A program made the position numbers and the translations under genes. A DNA stretch of 62,537 bases, the filler included, from Squatina squatina (taxonomy: Eukaryota), in the NCBI GenBank assembly GCA_031763465.1. It is 4 parts of 4 records of this genome, joined end to end, with 100 filler letters (N's around TTAATTAATTAA, not from the genome) between each part and the next. Parts side by side here need not be neighbours in the genome. Positions count along the whole stretch, not along the records: positions 49,475 to 62,537 come from JARFOE010000115.1; 3 more parts are not named here. The stretch is one strand, 5' to 3'. The notes under the pieces were generated by a model, which had not been told where the DNA came from, made no database searches, and saw nothing but the letters and a program-made list of their open reading frames with translations. Of this stretch, positions 51,266-62,537 are shown one piece after another; within the stretch, counting starts at the first letter, position 1; every line of letters starts with the position of its first letter.

Positions 51266-52492
51266 TTTGTAGATAAGTAGGAGTTGTATACTAGTGCCAT
51301 TATGATAATTAGAAGACTGAAAATTCCATAATTGCAGGCATACATTTTAACCGTCTTTGTTATTAACACTGCTAAAGATTTAAATTTTTCACAAATGCAG
51401 TATCCAACTGTCTTGAACCATCAGGCCAAATTAGGTATCTTTACAGGGCAGCATATTACTAACATTAGGTATATAGCTGAAATTTATATCAAACAAGTAA
51501 ACAAATATTCAGGTTCAATGACTAAATTTAAGCATTTGCTTTGCCACGATCTGCNNNNNNNNNNNNNNNNNNNNNNNNNNNNNNNNNNNNNNNNNNNNNN
51601 NNNNNNNNNNNNNNNNNNNNNNNNNNNNNNNNNNNNNNNNNNNNNNNNNNNNNNNNNNNNNNNNNNNNNNNNNNNNNNNNNNNNNNNNNNNNNNNNNNNN
51701 NNNNNNNNNNNNNNNNNNNNNNNNNNNNNNNNNNNNNNNNNNNNNNNNNNNNNNNNNNNNNNNNNNNNNNNNNNNNNNNNNNNNNNNNNNNNNNNNNNNN
51801 NNNNNNNNNNNNNNNNNNNNNNNNNNNNNNNNNNNNNNNNNNNNNNNNNNNNNNNNNNNNNNNNNNNNNNNNNNNNNNNNNNNNNNNNNNNNNNNNNNNN
51901 NNNNNNNNNNNNNNNNNNNNNNNNNNNNNNNNNNNNNNNNNNNNNNNNNNNNNNNNNNNNNNNNNNNNNNNNNNNNNNNNNNNNNNNNNNNNNNNNNNNN
52001 NNNNNNNNNNNNNNNNNNNNNNNNNNNNNNNNNNNNNNNNNNNNNNNNNNNNNNNNNNNNNNNNNNNNNNNNNNNNNNNNNNNNNNNNNNNNNNNNNNNN
52101 NNNNNNNNNNNNNNNNNNNNNNNNNNNNNNNNNNNNNNNNNNNNNNNNNNNNNNNNNNNNNNNNNNNNNNNNNNNNNNNNNNNNNNNNNNNNNNNNNNNN
52201 NNNNNNNNNNNNNNNNNNNNNNNNNNNNNNNNNNNNNNNNNNNNNNNNNNNNNNNNNNNNNNNNNNNNNNNNNNNNNNNNNNNNNNNNNNNNNNNNNNNN
52301 NNNNNNNNNNNNNNNNNNNNNNNNNNNNNNNNNNNNNNNNNNNNNNNNNNNNNNNNNNNNNNNNNNNNNNNNNNNTTTCAATGTGTCAATGCAATTTAGT
52401 GCCAGAGGTTGGAATCATGCCTTCAATGCAACAAAATCTTAAATACAAAGTTTGATGTGTCAAGGTTTCCCTCTAAATAAAAGTTACTATAC

Positions 52493-52543
52493 CTGCAAGT
52501 GTTGCAGATCATCTTCTTGAATGTTCTGAGACAAATTGTATAC
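52493..52543 (-). CDS. ATL2: Atlastin-2 exon (51 bp)
   Basis: gttgtag|GTATAC...TTGCAG|gtatag; VYNLSQNIQEDDLQHLQ, as in ATL2. Confidence 0.93.
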
Positions 52544-52574
52544 CTACAACAGAAAGTTATGAAAACCTTATTTT

Positions 52575-52755
52575 CATAGAATTATACAGCACAGGAGGCC
52601 GCCATTTGGCCCATCGTGCCTGTGCCGGCTCTGAAAGGGTGATCCTATTAGTCCAACTCCCCAGCCAATTTTCTCTAAGTATATATCCAATTCCTTTTTA
52701 GTTACTATTGAATCTGTTTTCACCACCCTTTCAGGCAGTGCATTCCAGATCATTT
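52575..52755 (-). mobile_element. CR1 3' end fragment
   Basis: IWNALPERVVKTDSIVT..KELDIYL followed by a gggccaaatggcggcctcctgtgctgta tail. Confidence 0.75.
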
Positions 52756-53030
52756 TGCACAACTAAATATTTGATATTTTTTGGTTACCCATCCATTAGC
52801 TACTCAGCGTATTGAGAAGCTGGCTAACGGACCATAAGTTTGATTAAACGTGTCTTAACTATTACTGAAGCCTCACATTCTCGAAAGACAAACTACAGTA
52901 TTGATTACTTATTAAAACTGGCAAGTTTTTAAAAAAAATATATAAAAAAGGACCCATGTCCAAATGAATGTTAATGTAATAGCAAACAGGTCAAAAACTG
53001 CTCGTATACAGTTGGAAATTTGATCTTTAC

Positions 53031-53115
53031 CTGAACAGAACTGGTCATGGTGCTGAGAGCAAACACTGTAGCACAGTCTCTTATGGTTGACTGACTGTCA
53101 AAGGCCCCCTGAGTA
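53031..53115 (-). CDS. ATL2: Atlastin-2 GTPase exon with G3 motif (5' end in gap)
   Basis: (D)[28 protein letters not shown]|gtaaag. Confidence 0.93.
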
Positions 53116-54909
53116 NNNNNNNNNNNNNNNNNNNNNNNNNNNNNNNNNNNNNNNNNNNNNNNNNNNNNNNNNNNNNNNNNNNNNNNNNNNNNNNNNNNNN
53201 NNNNNNNNNNNNNNNCCTGTTATGATACCCAGGACCAAAAATATGGCTGGGGTCAGATGGAAATCCTGCGCACCAAAGATTTGCCACAATAGCAGGAGTG
53301 GAGGTGGGGGACCTGAAACCTTGGCTGGTGACTAAAGAAATTATACAGTTTAGATGGGGAAACAATTTCTATTTGAAACTAAAGCCTGTAATGCAGCTGC
53401 ATTAATTAACTTCGCTGAAATCAATTCTGCTTAATCCAGTTATTGACTGAACTAATTCATTTTGATACATTAACTTTATTTTTCTATCTTATAACATCAG
53501 CAAACTTATTTTAACTGAAACTCTGATGCTACATAAAATAGAATTTTGCAACTGTAATGTGATCATTGAAACTTTCATACTTAATTGTAAGAACTTTATA
53601 AAATACGGCATTTTGAAGATATCCCTTTTTATAGAACATGACTATATCTTCTAGCCAAGTTAAATGTAGAAAAATTAGGTTAGTTATCACTAGGTAATTT
53701 TGAGAAAGCTTATTTACACTGATCATTGAGACAGTTTTTAATCATTACAAGCTGGAACAAGAGATATGATAGAAATCCACTATCTAATGAAGGTTACAAA
53801 AGCAAAATACTGCGGATGCTGGAATCTGAAATAAAAATAGAGAATGCTGGAAATACTCAGCTGGTAATATTCAGCCCAGCTGCAAAAGAAAGGGATCTGC
53901 ATTGCAATTACTGCTAATAAAAGTCTTTGTATTTAGTTCATATTTCAGTAGGCATTAATGGAGTGTTCTAGGATTTTTATAGGTCTGCATAAAGCCACCA
54001 GGTTTCATGTTTTCTTCAATAAAACTCCTCTTACCCTCAGTGAAACACAAACTTAAATCTTGGACAAAAGCTAAAACCCCGGGGGTATGAGGAGGGGATT
54101 GTTTGATCATTATGCAAAAAAAATGCTACTGTTTTTGAGGTCACCAGTGATATTTTTAAGAGGTGTTCCCTAGTAGCTCTGCTTATTCAGATGTTTAAAG
54201 ATCTCGATAATTGTGGTGAGTTAAAAAGAATTTAAAATACTATTCCACTTTTATCTGTAAAAATGGCTAATCTTATCCTCCGTATTAATTGCAGAATCAT
54301 CTCACTAAGAATAGACTTTAAAATTCTGATACTTTTCTGATTCTATGGTTGGAAAAGATCTTTGTAGGGGATAACAGCATAGAACTAAGTGTGGAGGGTG
54401 TGTGTGTGTTTTTGAAGACCACATTTGATGATGTGCCAATGTCTCAGGCTAAACCAACCTGAGTCCTGTTTGACCCTGAGCTGAACTACAGATCACATAT
54501 CCTCTTCATCACAAAGACTACAACCTCCCATCTCTGCAACATTACTCGCCTCCTCTAGCTCAACCACTGCTGCTTAAATATTTAAACATGCTTTTTGTCA
54601 ACTCCAGACTTAACTGCTACAAAACTCCCACTGTAGGCTTCCCAACCCCTATCCTCCGCCCTCCATAAATTCCAACTTGTGCAAAGTCCCTGCAGTAAGG
54701 CCGGAATTTTCACTGTCCAATACACTGGCAGTGGAGGAGCCCTGGAGGAACCTGGATGTTTCAGCAGCGTTTTTTCAGTGGCTTTTTAACGAAGCCACTG
54801 AATTAGCATCTGGCTTCCAGGTTTCCCGACCAATTAATGTGAGTGGGCGTGATGGCGGCACGCGTGAGGTCTATTTCAGCTGTACTATTTAAAGGGCTTA
54901 TCTATTATA

Positions 54910-55125
54910 TCCTCACTATTCAAAAAGATCCCAGGCTGGTGATAGGGAGCACGCAAGAAAATGTAGGTACAGGCTGTGAAACCTTGCACCCTGGGGAAGC
55001 CTGCAATGCAGGTGAAGCCTAGTACTGTCTCATCCTGCTTCAGTCTGTCCACGTAGAAAGAGATGTAACTGTTCCTTTTGGCATAGCGCACCTCGGAGAC
55101 CTCCCAGATACAGCGATGGACAGAA
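54910..55125 (-). mobile_element. PIF/Harbinger transposase relic
   Basis: VHRCIWEVSEVRYAKRNSYISF...GFTCIAGFPRVQGFTACTYIFLRAPYHQPGIFLN, a degraded match to GFP.V.GAIDCTH. Confidence 0.75.
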
Positions 55126-57039
55126 ATGTTGTCTTATCAACATGTGCCATTGGACCAATTTCCTACGTATAGCTTAACAGACAAACATGTGAACGGATGT
55201 GTTCAAGTGAAAGTTATTTTGTAACTAAAGTAGCACTCATTTTATTCACATGCTTTCTGTACGAACGTGCATTATCTTATCACCATCTACTTTAAGTCCA
55301 TTTGACATTCTTGGCTCACCGGCCTAATTTTCCAAATCCCTTTTGAGTGCTATCACCTCAAGATATCAGCTGGCCTCACTGCTTGGTGACATCAGCAAAT
55401 CAAATAATGTTAGAAAGGCTCTCCCACATATTGCTTATGCGCACTGTGGATTGCAGGGAACCCAAAACAGATATGACTGGGCACAAATTATCAAGCTAAT
55501 TTGTACTTTTTTTCTTCCCAATTTTATCCTAATATTTCCCGCTCTCACTTGAGGACACTGACTCATACAGGCGCATTGTTCCACAGGTGCAGACAGCCCT
55601 ACAGTAACTTACCCAACAAGCTATTGCCTGTCGTTGTGACCATGCAATCAGTACTAGCAGAACACCTGACCATCATCATGTCATTACCCAACATTGCACA
55701 TCTATCTGTCGAGCAGCAGGTCAGTAGATAGCAAAGACAAGCAGGATCTGGATTCCTGAGTCAATTCTCTCCCCCACCCCATTTTCATTGTGACAAATTA
55801 TAAAGTAGTTGTAAGAAGAGATTTAAGTTTACAAGCCTATTAAAATGCACCCAAAAGAGCCATTTTCCCCCCTCAAAAATAGCCAAGAACCATCAAAAAT
55901 ATAGTCTCCATTCCAGCATTTGGCTGATTCAATTTTGGAACAAACCCCAGTGCTCATGTACAAGTGGTAAATTAGGCTTCTGAGGATCTAGTTTTTCCTA
56001 GTGTTACAGTATAGGAACCAAAACCTATTAACCCAAATTTCAACAACCTTTCCTGGGATTTCATGTAAAATTATAACCATAAACCTGGGGATTTAAAGCC
56101 AATTAACAATTTTCATTCAAAAGTAATTTCATTGCCACCTCAGGTTAAGTGGGATCAAGCTCACTTTAGAAAAAAACTTACCAAGAGTTAGTGCAAGACT
56201 GTACTAAAGAATAGAACTAGCAATTCCAGAACAAAGTTATTGCTGTGNNNNNNNNNNNNNNNNNNNNNNNNNNNNNNNNNNNNNNNNNNNNNNNNNNNNN
56301 NNNNNNNNNNNNNNNNNNNNNNNNNNNNNNNNNNNNNNNNNNNNNNNCCTGCTGAGTTTGTCCAGCTTTTTTTTTGTTCGTTTTCGGCCCTTTGTATCCC
56401 TTGTTTTGGCGCATGTAATAGCGAACATCCATCGGGAGGTCCTAGTTCCTTGCAATTTACTGTTGGTAGAAAGGCACGAATAGGCCTGGGAGTCTTTTAA
56501 TCACTCCACGTTGTATTAAAGAGACAATGGGGCTAATTTACTCAGTTAATAGTACCCGCATTATTATAATTTACCTTTGGATTTGTTTTTCTGTTGCTTC
56601 ATAGGACATGTTAGTTTATTTTGACCTATTTATGATATTAATGGGCACCTCTCATACTGATTTTATGTTTCCGTTTGGTGATACTGGAGCAACTAACTCA
56701 GTGTCACCACCCCAACAGGTTTATCCAAAAAATGCCTGAATCCGTATTAATGCAAATTTGAGTTTGCATTAAAGTACCGAACCCTAACTCCGAATCATAC
56801 ACTCCTAAAATTACCTCTAGGTGAAATGCTGCCCTGAGTCTACCAATGCTTCCACAGGTCAAGCAGCAATTATGATGTGAAAATTTTCACTGGCTGCTGG
56901 TTTCTTACCTAATTACTCCCATTTTAACCAGGAGTGAAAGCAGCAGAGAGAACAGGCTGACTTTTTAAGTGGTTAGCAGAGAGCTGCACCCAATCTATGG
57001 TCATATGGTCATTGGCAACGACAGACTTTGAGCAGCATA

Positions 57040-57547
57040 GGTGCGGCATCAAGTTTATTGTTGGACATGCTGGAGGAGGAGCAGGAGCAACAGGAGACCG
57101 CAGCAATGGAAGTCCGAAGGCATAGGAGGCGAACTTTCAGGACTCGGTATTACCCGAGGCACCGAGAATACCATGCACGGGTCAGTTACCGTGACCTCAG
57201 CGAGGACCAGTGCGTGGGGAGGCTGTGCCTCAGCAAAGATGCCATTTCTGACCTATGTCAGCTGCTGCAACTGGACTTGCAGCCGAGGAGCAACATCCAG
57301 ACAGCACTCAGTGGAAGTTAAAGTGACCACTGCATTAAACTTTTACGCAACTGGGTCCTTCCAGGCACCAGCTGGACACGTAACTAGGATCAGTCAGTAT
57401 GCAGTTCACCGCTGTATCACCGAGGTAATGAATGCCCTCTTTCGGCATGCCCCTATATACGTGCAGTTCAACAGTACCATAGAACAGCAGTTGGAGAGAC
57501 AGACACAATTTTTACAGGGGTGTGGAATTCCTCGAGTGCAAGGTTGC
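57040..57547 (+). mobile_element. PIF/Harbinger (HARBI1-like) transposase N-terminal part, frameshifted near 57310
   Basis: YPRHREYHARVSYRDLSEDQCVGRLCLSKDAISDLCQLLQLDLQPRSNIQTALS / VEVKVTTALNFYATGSFQAPAGHVTRISQYAVHRCITEVMNAL...GIPRVQGC; runs into a gap. Confidence 0.88.
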
Positions 57548-58309
57548 NNNNNNNNNNNNNNNNNNNNNNNNNNNNNNNNNNNNNNNNNNNNNNNNNNNNN
57601 NNNNNNNNNNNNNNNNNNNNNNNNNNNNNNNNNNNNNNNNNNNNNNNTTTCAAAGCACATCTCCAACATCTGAACACTGCAGTTTTGATGTACATTCCAA
57701 ACATTTTAACATTTTCAGTACATATAGGGCACAGTTGATTAGGTAGGAAATTGCAGTAAATTATATCCTGTGTGCATTATCAAAGAATGAAAGTCTGCTG
57801 TCCTTTTTTTATACATTTTTTCTTAATTTTGTGTCCTACTTTCTGCTCTACTGTTTTTTTTAAACTCATCAATTGTGCTACAAAAGCACTTTGTAGCAAG
57901 CATTTCAGAACAGCAATTTTTCATGTAATATGTCGGGGTGGCTGGCTTAGATCAGCAGTGGTTTCAGTGCCGTCTGGAAGCAGAACATGGTGATAGCTAT
58001 CACTTATTTGACAGGCCATTGTTGTACACAAGTATTTTTTAAGTAATTCAACAATACTGGACAAGATAAGTAACTGTAGCAATCTTTTTTAAGATTACTA
58101 ACTGAATCCCCCTTCCCCCAGTAACACGTTGTATGTGTATCCTTTGGTACCTATGGTATTAATAAAGAAATATGGTATTAATAAAGAAATTACACAGATG
58201 CTGCAAATTATGGAGGATTTTTGTACTATCTGCTTTCCTGCACACACTGTACATCTGGTTTTAATCTATTTCTCTGTCTGTATTTAAACAAAGCATATTG
58301 ATTACATAT

Positions 58310-58690
58310 GAAGACTTTTATTTGCATAGTGCCTTTCAAGTTCCCAGGATGTTCCAAAGTGCTTTGTAGACAATTAATTAATTTTGAAGTGTCGTCACTG
58401 TTCTGTTCTCGGCAAACATGGCAGAGAATTTGTACACAGCAAAGTCCCACAAACAGGAAATGAGATAAATGTTAATGTTAATCTGTTTTGAAGGTGATGT
58501 TTAAGGGATGTATTTTGGCCAGGACACCTGTAGAACTCCCTGCTCTATTCTGAAAAGCTCTGGGAACTTTTATATTCACCTGATTGGGCAGTCAGGATCT
58601 TGGCTTAATAACTCATTCGAAAAACTGCATCCTCTGACAATGCAGCACTCGCTTGGTGCTGCACTTAAGTGTCAGCCTCGATTGTGTGTA
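58310..58690 (-). mobile_element. Deu-domain SINE
   Basis: Reverse complement core ccaggatgttccaaagtgcttt...tacacagcaaagtcccacaaacagg...caatgcagcactc. Confidence 0.7.
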
Positions 58691-58859
58691 TTATGTATGT
58701 AACATTCTTCAAACTACATGTTATTTTGTACATTATGCGCCAATACTTCTGTGTTATTCNNNNNNNNNNNNNNNNNNNNNNNNNNNNNNNNNNNNNNNNN
58801 NNNNNNNNNNNNNNNNNNNNNNNNNNNNNNNNNNNNNNNNNNNNNNNNNNNNNNNNNNN

Positions 58860-61800
58860 CTGTGTAAAGAGCGGGAGAGAGGAGAGCGACTGTATAAAGA
58901 GGGGTAGAGAGGAGAGCGACTGTATAAAGAGCGGGAGCGAGGAGCGGCGACTGTATAAAGAGCTGGAGAGAGGAGCGGCGACTGTATAAAGAGTGGGAGA
59001 GAGGAGAGCGACTGTATAAATAGCGGGAGAGAGGAGCGTTGACTGTACAAAGAGCGGGAGAGAGGAGCGGCGAATGTATACAGAGCGGGAGAGCAGAGAG
59101 CGACTGTATAAAGAGCGGGAGAGAGGAGAGCGACTGAATGAAGAGTGGGAGAGAGGAGCGGCGACTGTATAAAGAGTGGGAAAGAGGAGCAGCCACTGTA
59201 TAAAGTGCGGGAGAGAGGAGCAGCGACCTTATAAAGAGCGGGATAGAGGAGAGTGACTGAATAAAAAGCGGGAGAGAGGAGAGTAACTGAATGAAGAGTC
59301 GGAGAGAGGAGCGGCGACTTTATAAAGAGTGGGAGAGAGGAGAGCGACTGTATAAAGTGCGGGAGTGAGGAGAGCGACTGTATAAAGTGCGGGAGAGAGG
59401 AGCAGCGACCGTATAAAGAGCGGGATAGAGGAGAGCGACTGAATAATGAGCGGGATAGAGGAGAGCGACTGTATAAAGTGCGGGAGAGAGGAGCAGCGAC
59501 CGTATAAGGAGCGGGATAGAGGAGAGTGACTGAATAAAGAGCGGGAGAGAGGAGAGTGACTGAATGAAGAGTCGGAGAGAGGAGCGGCAACTTTATAAAG
59601 AGTGGGAGAGAGGAGAGCGACTGTATAAAGAGCGGGATAGAGGAGACTTACTGAATAAAGAGCCCGAGAGAGGAGCGGCGACTGTATAAAGAGTGGGAGA
59701 GAGGAGAGCGACTGTATAAAGTGCGGGAGAGAGGAGCAGCGACTGTATAGTGAGCTGGATAGAGAAGAGCGACTGAATAAAGAGCGGGAGAGAGGAGGGC
59801 GACTGTATAAAGAGCGGGAGAGAGGAGCGGCGAATGTATAAAGAGCGGGAGAGATGACTGTGCTGGAATACAGAGCAGGAGAGAGGAGAGCGACTGAACA
59901 AAGAGCGGGAGAGAGGAGCAGCGACTGTATCAAGAGCAGGAAAGAGATCGTCTGTATAAAGAGCACGAGTAAGGAGAGCGACTGTATAAAGAGCAGGAGA
60001 GAGTAGAGCGACTGAATGAAGAGCGGGAGAGTGGAGTGGCGAATGTATAAAGAGCAGGAGAGAGGATCGCTGACTGTATAAAAAGCGGGAGAAAGGAGCG
60101 GCGATTGTATAAACACTGTGAGAGAGGAGCGCGATGGGAGAAAAAGGGGGAGAGAAGAGACTGAATGTATACAGAACAGGAGAGAGGAGAGCAGCGATGG
60201 TTTAAAGAGCGGGAGAGAGGAGAGTGACTATATAAAGAGCAGGAGAGAGGACAGCGACTGAATAAATTGCGGAAGAGAGGAGTGTGACTGTATAAAGAAT
60301 GGGAGAGAGGAGCTGCGACTGTATCAAGAGCAGGAGTGAGGAGAGCGACTGTGTAAAGAGCGGGAGAGAGGAGAGCGACTGTATAAAGAGGGGTAGAGAG
60401 GAGAGCGACTGTATAAAGAGCGGGAAAGAGGAGATCGTCTGTATAAAGAGCGGCAGAGAGGAAAGCGACTCGATAAAGAGTGGGAGAGAGGAGCGGCGAC
60501 TGTATAAAGAGCGGGAGAGAGGAGAGCGACTGTGTAAAGAGCAGGAGAGAGGAGTGCTGACTGTATAAAGAGAGGGAGAGAGGAGTGGGGACTGTACAAA
60601 GATTGGGAGAGAGGAGCGGCAAATGTATAAAGAGCGGGAGAGAGGAGCGGTAACTGTATAAAGAGCAGGAGAGAGGAGCGGTGACGGTATAAAGAGCGAG
60701 AGAGAGGAGAATGACTGTATAAAGAGCGGGAGAGAGTAGAGCAACTGTATAAAGAGCGGGAGATAGGAGAGCAACTGTATAAAGAGCTGGAGAGAGGAGC
60801 GGCAACTGTATAAAGAGCGGGAGAGAGGAGAGTGAATGTATAAAGAGCGGGAGAGAGGAGAGCGACTGAATAAAGTGCGGGAGAGAGGAGAGTGAATGTA
60901 TAAAGTGCGGGAGAGAGGAGCAGCGAACGTATAAAGAGCGGGATAGAGGAGAGCGACTGAATAAAGAGCGGGAGAGAGGAGAGTGATTGAATGAAGAGTC
61001 GGAGAGAGGAGCGGCGACTTTATACAAAGTGGGAGAGTGGAGAGCGATTTTATAAAGAGCGGGAGAGAGGAGAGCGACTGTATAAAGAGCGCGATTGAGG
61101 AGAGCGACTGTAAAAAGAGCAGGAGAGAGGAGAGCGAGTTATAAAGAGCGGGAGAGAGGAGAGCGACTGTATAAAGAGCGGGAGAGAAGAGCGTTGACTG
61201 TACAAAGAGCGGGAGAGAGGACCGGCGAATGTATACAGAGTGGGAGAGCAGAGAGCGACTGTATAAAGAGCGGGAGAGAGGAGAGCGACTGAATGAAGAG
61301 TGGGAGAGAGGAGAGCGACTGTATAATGTGCGGGACAGAGAAGCAGCGACTGTATAAAGAGCGGGAGAGAGGAGCAGCGACCGTATAAAGAGCGGGATAG
61401 AGGAGAGCGACTGAATAAAGAGCGGGAGAGAGGAGAGTGATTGCATGAAGAGTCGGAGAGAGGAGCGGCGACTTTATACAAAGTGGGAGCGAGGAGCGCC
61501 GATTGTATAAAGAGCGGGAGACAGGAGCGCGACTGTATTAAGAGCGGGAGAGAGGAGTGGCGACTGTATAAAGAGCGGGAGAGAGGAGAGCGACTGAATA
61601 AAGAGCGGGAGAGAGGAGTGGCGACTGTACAAAGAGCGGGAGAGAGGTGAGCGACTGAATAAAGAGCGGGAGAGAGGAGTGGCGAATGTATAAACAGCGA
61701 GAGAAGGAGAGCAACTCAATAAAGAGTGGGAGAGAGGCGAGTGACTGAAAAAGGAGCGGGAGAGTAGAGCGGCAAATGTATAAAGATCGGGAGTATGGAC

Positions 61801-61875
61801 AGCGACTGCATAAATAGCGGGAGAGAGGAGAGAGACTGAATAAAGTGCGAGAGAGAAGAGAGAGACTGAATAAAA
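58860..61875. repeat. Purine-rich satellite, 30/31-bp unit, ~100 copies
   Basis: Consensus GACTGTATAAAGAGCGGGAGAGAGGAG(AGC/CGGC); left end lies in a gap. Confidence 0.95.
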
Positions 61876-61931
61876 ATAGATCCCTTGTAAGGGTGAATTA
61901 TCAAAGACATTTTCACAGGGAAAGTACTTAC

Positions 61932-62129
61932 AGGATAAGTTGATCATCATCACGCCCCAGGTTATGCTCCATAGCCAGCCCACCAGGAGGAAGGGGACAG
62001 TGAAAAGCTGCGAGATTCCCACCCAAACATTCAGGCAGACGAGGGCCAACATCTCATCGCTGCTCTTGCGGTCAGTGGGAGTCGCTGGTTCAGAGCAGCA
62101 CAGAAGTGTAAACCCAGATAGAATGGTAC
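61932..62129 (-). CDS. Internal exon of a stum/SPEC3-family membrane protein (divergent STUM-like paralogue), 198 bp
   Basis: ctttcag|GTACCA...TATCCT|gtaagt; GTILSGFTLLCCSEPATPTDRKSSDEMLALVCLNVWVGISQLFTVPFLLVGWLWSITWGVMMINLS, with the family motifs GT..S.F..LC and LN....Q..T....VGW.WSI.WG. Confidence 0.85.
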
Positions 62130-62384
62130 CTGAAAGATTAGACACCACTCAGAAGGTCAACATTTATCAGTATTTTAGATATGCAGAGAGAGACTAATGA
62201 ATCACGCTGTCACTTTATTTGTCATATCTGACGGCCACTATTCCCCAGCCAACAAGTCAAGTTCAAACCTGTAAAATGTAATCTATTCCACCATGCTTTA
62301 TTTTTTTAAATTTCACATGAATTACGTGTTCTTATTTCAGAACGTTACACTTTACATAAATGACTATAGCTAAAGACCATCTAA

Positions 62385-62537
62385 AAGAAAGACTTGCACT
62401 TATATAACACCTTTCCCACCCACCACATGTCCCAAAGAGCTTTACAGCCAATAAAGTACATTTTGAAGTGTAGTCACTGTTGTAATGTAGGAAACACAGC
62501 AGCCAATTTGCGCACAGCAAGCTCCCACAAACAGCAA
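62385..62537 (-). mobile_element. Deu-domain SINE 3' part
   Basis: gacttgcacttatataacacctttc...tttacagccaat...gtagtcactgttgtaatgtaggaaac...gcacagcaagctcccacaaacagcaa. Confidence 0.8.

Noticed and set aside
56348-56460. Lys-rich minus-strand ORF as an ATL2 first exon or stum-like last exon
   Set aside because: Several frames are open, none is recognisable, it is cut by a gap, and it could be a retroelement fragment.
58860-61875. CRISPR-like periodicity (~30 bp)
   Set aside because: Monomers are head-to-tail with no unique spacers, there are no cas genes, and the context is eukaryotic.
58714-61900. Long Ser/Leu/Pro-rich minus-strand ORFs (up to 414 aa)
   Set aside because: They are translations of the 30/31-bp satellite, which rarely contains stops on that strand; several frames are open at once.

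Overview
Vertebrate nuclear DNA, not prokaryotic. The SINE/LINE content (Deu-domain SINEs with L2-type tails, CR1, L2, RTE, Penelope, Harbinger, Ngaro/DIRS) points to a cartilaginous fish such as a shark (inference). The window is an artificial concatenation of four separate scaffolds joined by 100-base spacers (44 N + TTAATTAATTAA + 44 N, centred at 12683, 27822 and 49419). Each piece has many internal gaps, mostly 100 N. Piece 1 (1-12638) holds one clear ASAP-family ankyrin exon (+) and an Ngaro/DIRS RT relic. Piece 2 (12739-27777) holds the 3' exons of PTK7, part of SRF and the 5' exons of CUL9, all on the minus strand in the human order. Piece 3 (27878-49374) holds eight NELL1 exons (-) and a 22-bp minisatellite. 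Piece 4 (49475-62537) holds four ATL2 exons (-), Harbinger transposase relics, a ~3 kb purine-rich 30/31-bp satellite with higher-order structure, and one exon of a divergent stum/SPEC3-family gene (-). All genes are partial, with exons presumably lost in gaps. I found no convincing new biological system. The best leads are a CUL9 exon cut just before the CPH domain by foreign CpG-rich sequence, the divergent stum paralogue upstream of ATL2, and the structured satellite. Protein identities and reference exon sizes are from memory of the human orthologues, not from database searches.
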